From positions 1 through 16,758 of the forward strand of contig JAHQWW010000080.1 of assembly GCA_029856365.1 (NCBI GenBank): DNA of 16,758 nt. The letters run 5' to 3'. How positions within the stretch are numbered: position 1 is the first letter of the stretch; each line of letters begins with the position of its first letter. The position numbers were made by a program, and so were the translations under genes. Positions 7,762 to 16,758 of the stretch are shown in pieces. Source of the DNA: Candidatus Hodarchaeota archaeon. GTDB lineage: Archaea; Asgardarchaeota; Heimdallarchaeia; Hodarchaeales; Hodarchaeaceae. Below the pieces are notes generated by a model. The model was not told the DNA's origin. It ran no database searches and worked only from the letters and a program-made list of their open reading frames with translations.

Positions 7762-8240
7762 TCTTTGATCTCATCTTCTGGAGAAGAATTTCTACATTAC
7801 AATCACTATTAATCAATATATAAAAACATTTCCACTATTGAAATTTGTGAAAAATCAGAATTGTTATATCATAAGGGATTTTCATTCTGTAAATCAAATT
7901 ATAAAGTGAATTATAATGCTTAAAATTAAATACAAAGAAAATTCAATAGAAGGGATAATTCTCACTCATTTGAGTCCACTAGAATAAGAGGATGCATGAA
8001 TAAATCTAGGTTGTGAGCTTTTGTTTTAATCTAATAAATCGATAAAAAAGCTTGGTAATCGGCTCAAATAGACCTTAATATCCAAATTAAAATCTTAAAG
8101 ATAGCTGGTTGGTCAAATAGGCCTTAAAAGTTTGATATACTATTTAGACTCGTCAGGGTAGATTATATTAATCGGAAATTTATTTAGCCTTTCTTTTACT
8201 TATGGAGTAATTTTCTTTAATCCTTTACATTCTGATAAAG

Positions 8241-8248
8241 TTTATATA
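8241..8248 (+). promoter_or_regulatory. Candidate TATA box of hsp20
   Basis: TTTATATA preceded by the purine-rich GATAAAG (BRE-like), about 75 nt before the ATG. Confidence 0.45.
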
Positions 8249-8321
8249 CATGAAAATATTGAATGTGTACAGTCTTTCTTTAACTTGAGAAAGGCAACAT
8301 GAGATTTAGAAGGATAAAATA

Positions 8322-8828
8322 ATGTTTGATAGATTTTGGAAGGATATAGATAAATATTTTGAAGAGTTTGGCCAAGATTTTGAACAAGCATTTAAAAAAT
8401 CGTTCAAGGGGCTATCTAAAGATTCTGAAAACTCACTCACATGGGGATATCGGATGTACTGGGATAATTCGATGAATAAACCTGTTATTAAATATTTCGG
8501 TAATTTTGATCCAACAACAGGGAAATTACTTGAAGAAGGATGGCGTATTCCTCCAATAGAAAAGAATTATGACGACAACAACAACATTTGGAATGTTGTG
8601 GTTGATCTTCCTGGAATCAAGAAGGAAAACATCAGCTTATCAGCAACGACTACCTATATTAATATCGAAGCAACATCCAAAAAACGAAAATACAAACACA
8701 AAGTGGACTTTGATCAGGAAATTGATCCTGAGTCTGTGAAGGCCAAATTTAACAATGGTATATTACAGATTTCGGTAAATCCTAAAATTCCCATAAAAAC
8801 GGAAGAGAAAAAGATATCTATTGAGTAA
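8322..8828 (+). CDS. hsp20: Small heat shock protein Hsp20 (archaeal type)
   Basis: VVVDLPGIKKENI, AKFNNGILQI and C-terminal I-x-I (KISIE); archaeal N-terminal WGY...PVIKYFGN segment. Confidence 0.92.
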   Translation: MFDRFWKDIDKYFEEFGQDFEQAFKKSFKGLSKDSENSLTWGYRMYWDNSMNKPVIKYFGNFDPTTGKLLEEGWRIPPIEKNYDDNNNIWNVVVDLPGIKKENISLSATTTYINIEATSKKRKYKHKVDFDQEIDPESVKAKFNNGILQISVNPKIPIKTEEKKISIE

Positions 8829-8846
8829 CAAATGGTGTATATATTC

Positions 8847-9227
8847 ATGAGCGAGAAAAAAAGAAAAGAAGCAGAAAAAATCCAAAAAGAAGTTGGAAAA
8901 AAAAGGAAAGAAGCTGTAAAACTTGAAAAGAAAGCAGCTGAAAAACGAAAAGAAGCGGAAAGCCTCGAAAAGGAAGCTGCAAAGAAGAGAGAAGAATCTG
9001 AAAAAAAGCGAATAGAAGAAGAATTGAAATCCCAGCGAAAGGCTGAGAAAACCCGATTAGAAGAAGAAAAAAGGAAAAAAAGTGAAGTTCTCAAGGGTGA
9101 AGAGAAAAGAAGCATTGAAGAGACTAAGAAAAAACGGGAAGCTGCTGAAAGGAATCTCAAAGCTGAAGAGAAAAGAAGTATTGAGGAGGCCAAGAAGAGG
9201 CGGGAAGTTGCTAAAAAGGAACCTTAA
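8847..9227 (+). CDS. Low-complexity E/K/R-rich helical protein
   Basis: Open frame with repeated units (AAEKRKEAE/AAKKREESE; EEKRSIEE twice). It follows hsp20 directly and is followed by a T-tract. The start is 8832 or 8847. Confidence 0.65.
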   Translation: MSEKKRKEAEKIQKEVGKKRKEAVKLEKKAAEKRKEAESLEKEAAKKREESEKKRIEEELKSQRKAEKTRLEEEKRKKSEVLKGEEKRSIEETKKKREAAERNLKAEEKRSIEEAKKRREVAKKEP

Positions 9228-9468
9228 CAAATTTTTTTTCTTGAATATTGGAACCAATCGTTTAAAATTTTCCTTTTTTCTTAATTACTTGTGATTGTCC
9301 CAAAAATGTCTAGGAATCATGAAATTATCTAAAAAATATTCAGATATGTGTAGTTCAAGGATAAATATTATTCTTCTAAAGCTTTTTATCTTAATTCTCT
9401 AAAGTGTAATTCTCTTCAAGATTCGCTTATAATTCAAGTATGTGTCTCTAATATTGGTTGGTCAAAAT

Positions 9469-10812
9469 ATGACTGCAATTTTAGAACTGTTGATTGCTTC
9501 TTTCTTTATTCTAACTCTTTTGTTAATTATTTTTGAAAGAACTCATAAAACATTAGCTGCAATGCTTGGAGCAGGGCTTTCTCTTCTTGTAGCAATAACT
9601 CCTGGAAGTGTTTCCAACGGTGAAGCTTTAATTCCTGATATTGAGCATTTACTAGAACTCATAGAGATAGATCTTATTCTTGTCATTATAGGTATTACGT
9701 TAATGGTTGGAGTGGCACGTACAACAGGGATTTTTGATTATATTACAATTTTTTTGTTAAAAAAAAGTGGTGACAACCAATACAAACTATTAATTGCTTT
9801 TTCACTTCTGACAATGTTATTTTCAGCATTTCTCGACGCTTATATGGCAATTTTACTCATGGGTTCAATAACAATTGTTGGTTGTGATGCATTAGATATT
9901 AATCCAAAACCATTCATCCTTGCAGAGGCAATCTTCAGTAATCTAGGAGGTACAATGACCCGTATTGCCTCCCCTCCAAATTTAATAATTGGAGGGCATT
10001 TTGATATTGATTTTATAACCTTTCTATTATTAACCGCCCCATTTGTGCTTATTTCAGCTGTTTTTACCATCTTCATCTGGGGTTTTCTTTTCCGAAAGGA
10101 TTTGTCTCAAGGGATATCTAGCCTAAGTTATAATGAAGTTTTATTAATTGACGAAAGAACTGTAATCCAAGATCAAAATGGATTCAAAATTGCAGCTCTT
10201 GTTATGACATTCACAATTATTGGTTTCGCGATCACTTCATTTTTGCCTTTTAAACTTGAATTAGGGTACGTTGCTATGGCTGGTGGCTTTCTTATGGTTG
10301 GTTTAGTAGGTTCTGATGTTGAAAAGTCACTCGAAAAAGTTGAATGGTCAGTTGTTTTCTTCTTAATTGGTCTTCTAATAATCGTTGGTATTGCAGAAAG
10401 AGCTAATTTATTAGATTTATTGATTTTTCCTGTTGAAGCTTTATTTAAGATAGATCTTTTATTTGGAGTTTTATCTCTTCAATGGATAAACGCATTTGCC
10501 TCTTCAGCCTTAGATAATGTTCCAGTCGCATCTGTAATGACTGTAATTATGGACTCACTATTAGAACATTATCCAACACTCAGCTTCAATAGTCTTTTAG
10601 TAGCGGTGGTCATAGGTACAAATCTTGGAGGTAACATCACCCCAATTGGTTCTGCTTCTTCTGTTCAGGCACTTACAATTTTAAAAAGATCTGATAATTT
10701 AGAGGCAAGAACTACATTTATAGAATTTGTAAAATTCGGAATATTAGTGACATTAATACATTTAATAATTGGTACATTTTATCTTTCTTTTCTATGGATT
10801 TTTAGAATTTAA
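9469..10812 (+). CDS. ArsB/NhaD/SLC13 (IT superfamily) anion or Na+/H+ transporter
   Basis: Many hydrophobic segments with SAFLD, SNLGGTMTRIASPPNLII, SSALDNVP and GTNLGGNITPIGS motifs. ATG 9469 is preferred; the track start is 9442. Confidence 0.88.
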   Translation: MTAILELLIASFFILTLLLIIFERTHKTLAAMLGAGLSLLVAITPGSVSNGEALIPDIEHLLELIEIDLILVIIGITLMVGVARTTGIFDYITIFLLKKSGDNQYKLLIAFSLLTMLFSAFLDAYMAILLMGSITIVGCDALDINPKPFILAEAIFSNLGGTMTRIASPPNLIIGGHFDIDFITFLLLTAPFVLISAVFTIFIWGFLFRKDLSQGISSLSYNEVLLIDERTVIQDQNGFKIAALVMTFTIIGFAITSFLPFKLELGYVAMAGGFLMVGLVGSDVEKSLEKVEWSVVFFLIGLLIIVGIAERANLLDLLIFPVEALFKIDLLFGVLSLQWINAFASSALDNVPVASVMTVIMDSLLEHYPTLSFNSLLVAVVIGTNLGGNITPIGSASSVQALTILKRSDNLEARTTFIEFVKFGILVTLIHLIIGTFYLSFLWIFRI

Positions 10813-10834
10813 ATTTATGGACCAGTGAGAGTAG

Positions 10835-11740
10835 ATGGTAGATTTTGATGATGCTTTGAGTAGATTTCGTCAAATATTCGATCAATCAAAAATACTTGAT
10901 AGTCCTGACTTGAAAAATATATTAATTGTTCTTGACGAAACAAAAAGCCGTGAAGAATTCATTTTTCACTTGATAAAACAGTTTCATGAAAGGTGGGGAA
11001 GTAAAGCAACCTTTACTTTTCTATTGGCTGTTAGAGGTTATCTTGAGCAAGCAAAAAAGGCGAGAATTAAACTTGAAACCCTTCCTATATTAATCGAAAA
11101 AGTGAATCAGGAATTTTATGGTGAAGATGAACTTTTTAACGTTGCATTTTTTACTGATGAAGAAAAATCTCCGTTCTATCGCATTGAAGAGATATTAAAA
11201 CAACGTAAAATTGATTTTATTATTATTCCAGTTCCTTTTACTTTATTTGCTTTTGAAGAAAAACAATTAAATACAAGTTTAGGCACAACAATCGATAGTG
11301 TGATAAATATATGTTTGATGGAGAATTTTATCCCAATTTTTCTTGTTCGTCATACTCAAAAAGTACCCTTTGATAACATTAAGGTGCTTGTGAGAGAATC
11401 TATGTTTAGGAGAGATTTTCTTGGATGGTTATTTGCCCTTATATCAGAGGATGCAAAAGTCACTTTATACATTTCAGAATTATCAGAAAATGAAATAGAG
11501 AGAGTTAAAATGTATATGGAAATTATAGAAGAAAAATTAAAGAAATTCACTCAAGATTTCAGAATTGAATTTATGGATGGTCAGTTTGCTTTAGTAGAAT
11601 TCTGTAATCTAATGTCGAAGGAAGCTGATGCTCTAGTTGTGTTTCAAGCATTGAAAAAAATTGAAAACGATGCTCAAAGAATCACTCTCTCTTTATGCAA
11701 TCAAGCATCAAACGTTCTAATTTTTCCTCCATTAGGATAG
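10835..11740 (+). CDS. Divergent universal stress protein (USP)-like protein, probably two domains
   Basis: KNILIVLD...IDFIIIP...SLGTTIDSVI...IPIFLVR, then a second FDNIKVLV...SNVLIFP unit. Lies 22 nt after the transporter. Confidence 0.6.
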   Translation: MVDFDDALSRFRQIFDQSKILDSPDLKNILIVLDETKSREEFIFHLIKQFHERWGSKATFTFLLAVRGYLEQAKKARIKLETLPILIEKVNQEFYGEDELFNVAFFTDEEKSPFYRIEEILKQRKIDFIIIPVPFTLFAFEEKQLNTSLGTTIDSVINICLMENFIPIFLVRHTQKVPFDNIKVLVRESMFRRDFLGWLFALISEDAKVTLYISELSENEIERVKMYMEIIEEKLKKFTQDFRIEFMDGQFALVEFCNLMSKEADALVVFQALKKIENDAQRITLSLCNQASNVLIFPPLG

Positions 11741-11788
11741 ATAATGTTATCGATGAAATAATTCTAGTATATGAATAAGTCCCTCGGA

Positions 11789-12478
11789 TTATTTCGATTT
11801 TTTCATGTTCAAGAGACTTTGCATCTGATTAAGTAAATCTGGTTCTTGTAAAAGAACTTTAAGGATACTTGCTAAATCGGTTATGGAATTTAATTTATTA
11901 ATGTCAATTTGACTTAAAGAGTCCGCTAATTCTGCATTTTTTCCTGCTTTTTCAAATAAATCTTTTTTCGTTTTGGTTTGTAGTACGTTTAATTTTTTAA
12001 ACAATTTATTAAACGGTGTCTTGTCTGGTTCTGATGTTTGTAACAGCTCAGCTAATGTAATTCTAAATATCTGTGCATATTTCTCACCGTTTTCTAATTC
12101 CCAGCATTCAAGGTCTTTTTCCTCGAATTCGGGGTAATAAATTTTCGCTGTTCTACAATATACTTTTTCACATGATCGAGTCCCTTTTTTTTCCCGATAG
12201 CCTGCTGCTGTTACTATCCCTGCATCATCTAATTTCTCCAAATGCCGATAAATAGTTTTCAATGTATAGGTATAATTTCCAGTTTTTTGATCTTGAAAGA
12301 GATTATGAATGTCTTTTACACTCATAAGAGTATTTCGTAAAGCGGAAATAATTAGATAATGCTCTTTGATTAAATCTAATTCCTCTTTTGACACAAATTT
12401 TACATTTTGGGGTTTATATGTAATGTAAAAACAATAATCTGATGATCCTTGGTTTAATTCATTACTGTTTCTCATCAC
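11789..12478 (-). CDS. Winged-helix (ArsR-like) domain protein
   Basis: MSVKDIH...TLKTIYRHLEKLDDAGIV...EKVYCRTAK helix-turn-helix and wing pattern. Confidence 0.7.
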   Translation of the reverse strand: MMRNSNELNQGSSDYCFYITYKPQNVKFVSKEELDLIKEHYLIISALRNTLMSVKDIHNLFQDQKTGNYTYTLKTIYRHLEKLDDAGIVTAAGYREKKGTRSCEKVYCRTAKIYYPEFEEKDLECWELENGEKYAQIFRITLAELLQTSEPDKTPFNKLFKKLNVLQTKTKKDLFEKAGKNAELADSLSQIDINKLNSITDLASILKVLLQEPDLLNQMQSLLNMKKSK

Positions 12479-12676
12479 AAGGCCCTCATGGAAAAATATA
12501 GCAATTTTGATTAAGAATTTGATGAATACTCCTTAATTCAATGGCTACTAAGATATTAGATAAAGGTTCGCCACAATGGTAAAGTAAATAAGTATGATTA
12601 CAATCATTGACAGGACCTGTTAATAAATGTCACTAACCGCGAAATCATTCAAACAACTGAAGGAGAATAAATAGTA

Positions 12677-13612
12677 ATGAAATTAATTTATCGACATTAT
12701 GAACCCAATCAAGGATTAGAAGAACAACAAGCAAAAGTCTATACGGAAGTATCAGGACTTCCTGCAGATGCAGAGGAAATTAAAAGGCGCTTTAAAGGTG
12801 AGAAGAGAGATCCATTAAGTGCTCGTTATGTTTTAACGGAAGATAATGAGCTTTTAGCATATGTTCAGACTAGTAAATGGGCTGCAAGACCAGGAACATG
12901 TATTATTAGCTATCCCTGGGCTTTACCCGATTGTCCTACCGAAGCAAAGGAAAAAATCTTTGATGAACTAGTAACGTGGTTAAAGGACACTATTCATCCC
13001 CAAGTACTTGCAGGTGAAGTCGTATTTGATACGCCTACGACCGATGAACGTATTGCTTTTTTTCAGAGAAAAGGATTCATTGAAAAAGAACATCTTTATG
13101 TTAATAGTGTTGATTTAGATCTTACTGAAATTAGTAATTGGGAGATGGCTGATGAAATTGCCTCTTATACTTGTAGATTAGGTACAACTGAAGATCTTGA
13201 CCAAATAATGGAAGTATGTCACGAGGATAATTATATGCGTGATGTCTTCCCTAGTGTTGAGGAGGCTAAATACTATATTGAGAAAACTTTTCTAAAGGAT
13301 GATCACAACAAATTAATCCTTAAAGACAATCAGATAGTCTCTGTAGGTCTTCCATATCGTAGAAAATTACTACGGGGAAAAGACAAAGGACTTGAAATAA
13401 TCGGTTTAACATCAGCAACACGACTAAACCATCCTCATGCTTGGAAACGGTTGCTTATTGAAGTTGCTAGAGATTGCCTCAAAAATGGTTGGCAGAATCT
13501 TCCCTTAAGAATTAGTACATTATTTTTTGGATATTCAATGAATGCAATCCATATGGCACAATTACAAAACACACTCGAAGATATAGCTGTTCTTTATGCT
13601 CTTCCTTATTAG
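12677..13612 (+). CDS. Hypothetical protein, probable tandem GNAT-fold
   Basis: IAFFQRKGF (GNAT motif B-like) and CRLGTTEDLDQI (start of a second GNAT domain); AGGAG SD. Confidence 0.6.
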   Translation: MKLIYRHYEPNQGLEEQQAKVYTEVSGLPADAEEIKRRFKGEKRDPLSARYVLTEDNELLAYVQTSKWAARPGTCIISYPWALPDCPTEAKEKIFDELVTWLKDTIHPQVLAGEVVFDTPTTDERIAFFQRKGFIEKEHLYVNSVDLDLTEISNWEMADEIASYTCRLGTTEDLDQIMEVCHEDNYMRDVFPSVEEAKYYIEKTFLKDDHNKLILKDNQIVSVGLPYRRKLLRGKDKGLEIIGLTSATRLNHPHAWKRLLIEVARDCLKNGWQNLPLRISTLFFGYSMNAIHMAQLQNTLEDIAVLYALPY

Positions 13613-13637
13613 GATAATGAGCTGAGATGGAGAATAA

Positions 13638-14540
13638 ATGGAAATGAAAGCACTAATAGGAATCCCTCTCTATAATGAACAAGCATACATTTCCGAGTGC
13701 ATTCATTCCCTTTATGAATTTTTAACCGTAAAATGTTCAGAATATGAGATAAGAATATTATTAGTAGACGATGGAAGTACAGATAAATCTCGAAATATCT
13801 ATCAAAAGTTATCAAAACAATATCCATTTCAATATCTCAGGCATGAAGATGGGCCTCGTGGATATGGAAATACAATATTGACACTATTTCAGCAGTCAAA
13901 ATTGAACTATGATGTTTTGATTTCGTTTGATGCTGATCTACAACATGCACCTTTTAGTATTAAAGAGATCTTAGATCTTCTTTATTATAATTCTGAAATT
14001 GATTTAGTTTCTACAAGTCGCTACCTCTCCTATCGCTTTTGGCACCAAAATACTCAAGTTCCAGTGGATCGTTACGTCATAAACATGTTAATGACAAGAA
14101 CAATTAATCATTGCTTTAATCTGCAAATAACCGATGCTTTTTGTGGTTTAAAAGGTTATAGAGTAAAATCCCTTCCTATTACTCTTAATCATGCAGGATA
14201 TGCGTTTCCTTTAGTTTATTGGCAATTTATCTCCCAAACAGGTCTCAAATTTAAGGAAATAGAAACACCAATAATTTATAGGTTGGATCGGAGAAATCGG
14301 GGTGAATGGATTTATCGCTTAAAAGAATATTTTAAAATACTTGAGTCTCTCATCTCCTCCCCCACATTGAAAGAAATTATTCAGCAAGCTTACAAACAAG
14401 CGATTGAATTGCTGACTGAAATAATGAATCATCATTTATACTTCCCAATTTATACATACAACGATTTCTTCAGGAATAATTGTATTAGTTATCTCAAAAT
14501 AAGTGAAGAGCCAAAGAAAGAACAATTAAAATGTTTGTAA
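13638..14540 (+). CDS. Glycosyltransferase family 2 (DPM1-like)
   Basis: IPLYNE, VDDGSTD, GYG, FDADLQH and ITDAFCGLKGY motifs. Confidence 0.9.
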   Translation: MEMKALIGIPLYNEQAYISECIHSLYEFLTVKCSEYEIRILLVDDGSTDKSRNIYQKLSKQYPFQYLRHEDGPRGYGNTILTLFQQSKLNYDVLISFDADLQHAPFSIKEILDLLYYNSEIDLVSTSRYLSYRFWHQNTQVPVDRYVINMLMTRTINHCFNLQITDAFCGLKGYRVKSLPITLNHAGYAFPLVYWQFISQTGLKFKEIETPIIYRLDRRNRGEWIYRLKEYFKILESLISSPTLKEIIQQAYKQAIELLTEIMNHHLYFPIYTYNDFFRNNCISYLKISEEPKKEQLKCL

Positions 14541-14630
14541 CCTTAAAATGCTAACGATTTTGAAAATAGATTCATTTATTTTAAATAGAATTGAATATCA
14601 ATCAAAATAACTATAAATCAAGGATGAAAG

Positions 14631-15057
14631 ATGAGTGTGAAAGTCATTTATCAATATTATAAACCAGATCAAGGATTAGAAGACCTTAAAGCAACAATAT
14701 ATTCAGAAGCAACTGGTCGGCCGGTATCAGGTAAAGATATCAAAGCAAGGTATAGAGATCAGAAAAAAGATCCAAAAACAACCCTATATGCACTAACAGA
14801 AGATAATCCCATTAGCATATGTACAAGCGACAGACTCAACTTCACATATAGGACGAACGCATATAAGCTATCCTTGGGCTCTAGCAGCATGTCCAGTCGA
14901 AGTACAAGAGAAAATATTTGATGAAGTCCTAGCATATCTACTACAGCGGAAACAAACCTTAGAAATCACTACTCCTCTAGTGCTTGATCTATAAGGTGTT
15001 GAAGAGAGAATTGAATTTTTTACAAACAAAGGTTTCTCTGAAAAAGATGGAATGTAA
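14631..15057 (+). pseudogene. Decayed paralog of the 12677-13612 GNAT-like gene
   Basis: IYQYYKPDQGLED...YALTEDN matches IYRHYEPNQGLEE...YVLTEDN. After a frameshift near 14808 it continues LAYVQ...ISYPWAL..CP.E..EKIFDE, has an in-frame TAA at 14992-14994, then ERIEFF..KGF.EK, and is truncated near 15050. Confidence 0.85.
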
Positions 15058-15433
15058 ATTGAGATTAACTCTTTAATCCTCTCACCTGATTCCTCAAAAA
15101 GTAGGTTGATTTCGATTTTCCACTCACCAGATTGTTCAAGAATTGGAATACGTCAATGATGGTTAAAACCTGGTTGAGCTACTCCTGTTATATTACCTGC
15201 AATGTCTCCATTGGGAGACTTAGCAATGAATATATATTTGGCTTTTTTTCAATTGAAACCATTAAAAAGGCGTATATATTCTTTAAAACTCCATTCTGGA
15301 GGTTATTGCTTTCATATATATCCAAGATTTGATAATCAATTTCACTCATTATTCTAGATCGCTGAATTATAGTTTTTTAACTTTTTGGGAAAAATTGAGG
15401 GAAAAATCTGACACAAAAATCGACTTTTTAATA

Positions 15434-15931
15434 TCATTTAGAAAAAAGGGTGATTATTCTTTTTTTCAGGATGTTAACAAGCCCTTCCACTCCTTTCGCA
15501 ACTTCAGGCGTTAACTCTTCGCTGAAATACCCAGTTTCCTTAACTTGTATTCCATAAACCTCAATCTGCTGCGGAACTTGATATCCACCTACTTCAGCAT
15601 ATCCTAAAATTTGAAGGACACCAACACCATGGGAAGATATACTCATTGGTTGTCCTTTTTTATATTCATTTAAGTCACTTATATGGAAGAATTCTCCTGG
15701 TTTTAACCCCTGATCAGTCATAGAGGCAGCATCAACAATTATTGCTCTCTTGTAGCCATCAATTTCATCCAAGATGTCGAATCCCCCCGTATTTAAATAT
15801 TTAAATGAAATATTCAAGTGTTCTAAGCTTGGGTCTTGTTCTAAACACTTAACAACCCTGATACCAGCGCCATCGTCCATCCTGATATCATTTCCAATAC
15901 CAAGTAATACTAAAGCTTTTCCTATATCCAA
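15434..15931 (-). CDS. Hydrogenase maturation protease (HybD/HycI family)
   Basis: LGIGNDIRMDDGAG, IIVDA, SSH and LTPEV motifs; TTG start with an AGGAG SD. Confidence 0.93.
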   Translation of the reverse strand: MDIGKALVLLGIGNDIRMDDGAGIRVVKCLEQDPSLEHLNISFKYLNTGGFDILDEIDGYKRAIIVDAASMTDQGLKPGEFFHISDLNEYKKGQPMSISSHGVGVLQILGYAEVGGYQVPQQIEVYGIQVKETGYFSEELTPEVAKGVEGLVNILKKRIITLFSK

Positions 15932-16056
15932 TTCAGATTCTCCTTAATGTATAATTAAGGTCTTTTTGATCTAAGAATCAAGCCTGCATTTTCATGATAT
16001 TCGTATTTTCTTGAATATCTTTGCCTGTGACTTCCTTATTTTATAATGAATTTTAT

Positions 16057-16758
16057 TTAATTAAACTTTGAAGTTTGAAGTATTTGATTAGAAGTTAATT
16101 TTGCGCTTGTAAGTACACCTGGAATACCCCCACCAGGATGAGTTCCAGCTCCAACTAGATATAAACCTTCTATATCCTCAGACTCGTTATGAGGTCTAAA
16201 CCAAGCAGATTGAGTGAAAGTTGGCGCTAATGAAAACACTGCTCCTTTATAATCAGAATGCAACTCTTCAAAATCTGCAGGAGTCATTATCTTTTCAGCT
16301 TTTATGTGCTGTTGTAAATCTGGCATAAATTTCCTTTCGATTGAACTAATGATATGGTCACGAAACTGTTTTTTTCTCTGTTGCCAATCTATTTTAGAAT
16401 CTTGATTGGGTACTGGTACTAAGATATAACACGATTCACCTTCTTTTGGGGCAAGGGATGGATCTATTCTTGTAGGAATGTATAGATAAGCAGAGAAGTC
16501 TCCTTTCTCACTTAAGCGTTTTTTATTAAAGATATCAGAAATTAAACCTTTATAACGACTGCCTAATAAAATATTATGAATATGTAGATTTGGATACTTA
16601 CAATCTGTACCAAAATAGATCATAAATACGCTCATTCCATAAGTTGCTTTTGAATATCTTTTATTGGCATTTTTCTTACGGTATTTTTCCTCGATCATAT
16701 GCATATAAGTAGTCGCAACAGGAGCATTGGAAATAATAACTGAAGATTCATAATATTT
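16057..16758 (-). CDS. crtI: Phytoene desaturase family (CrtI-like), C-terminal part; 5' end is outside the window
   Basis: DPSLAP.EGES.YILVPVP, QSAWFRPHN and LYLVGAGTHPGGGIPGVL motifs; the frame is open to the window edge. Confidence 0.88.
   Translation of the reverse strand, partial: KYYESSVIISNAPVATTYMHMIEEKYRKKNANKRYSKATYGMSVFMIYFGTDCKYPNLHIHNILLGSRYKGLISDIFNKKRLSEKGDFSAYLYIPTRIDPSLAPKEGESCYILVPVPNQDSKIDWQQRKKQFRDHIISSIERKFMPDLQQHIKAEKIMTPADFEELHSDYKGAVFSLAPTFTQSAWFRPHNESEDIEGLYLVGAGTHPGGGIPGVLTSAKLTSNQILQTSKFN

Noticed and set aside
8714-9294. ORFs 8714-9193 (-), 9057-9257 (-) and 9082-9294 (+)
   Set aside because: Antisense or alternate-frame shadows of the purine-rich low-complexity gene.
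14800-14815. Programmed frameshift in the GNAT-like paralog
   Set aside because: No slippery heptamer, and a later in-frame TAA plus truncation indicate decay.
9840-15514. Short ORFs 9840-10076, 11356-11550, 12073-12255, 13609-13827, 15132-15332 and 15329-15514
   Set aside because: Antisense shadows or motif-free frames in AT-rich DNA.
1-16758. CRISPR array, transposase, integrase, rRNA or tRNA
   Set aside because: No regularly spaced repeat-spacer array or recognisable motifs were seen.

Overview
AT-rich archaeal window. The taxonomy is inferred, not proven: GGTGA/GAGG ribosome-binding sites, TTTATAAA boxes, a group 3c-type hydrogenase and paralog styles reminiscent of Asgard/Heimdallarchaeia. 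The left third is a minus-strand block. A putative operon tusA-dsrE2-dsrE-tusA-sqr-lrp (sulfur relay proteins, an SQR-like flavoprotein and an Lrp regulator with a C-terminal CX3CX2C) is followed by [NiFe]-hydrogenase mvhG-mvhA, with no mvhD upstream. The most unusual signal is non-coding, upstream of the sulfur operon. It has a TATA box flanked by three 16-bp semi-palindromes spaced exactly 31 bp apart, then a ~185-nt leader. The first ~114 nt of the leader are closed by a 17-bp stem whose imperfections are G-U pairs only on the transcribed strand, and it contains a segment complementary to the tusA Shine-Dalgarno region. The rest of the window holds a frameshifted CPBP protease, an alpha/beta hydrolase, an unannotated 55-aa Zn-binding protein, Hsp20, an E/K/R-rich helical protein, an ArsB/NhaD-type transporter with a USP partner, a wHTH protein, a GNAT-like gene with a decayed paralog, a GT2 glycosyltransferase, a hydrogenase maturation protease and the 3' part of a CrtI-type desaturase.
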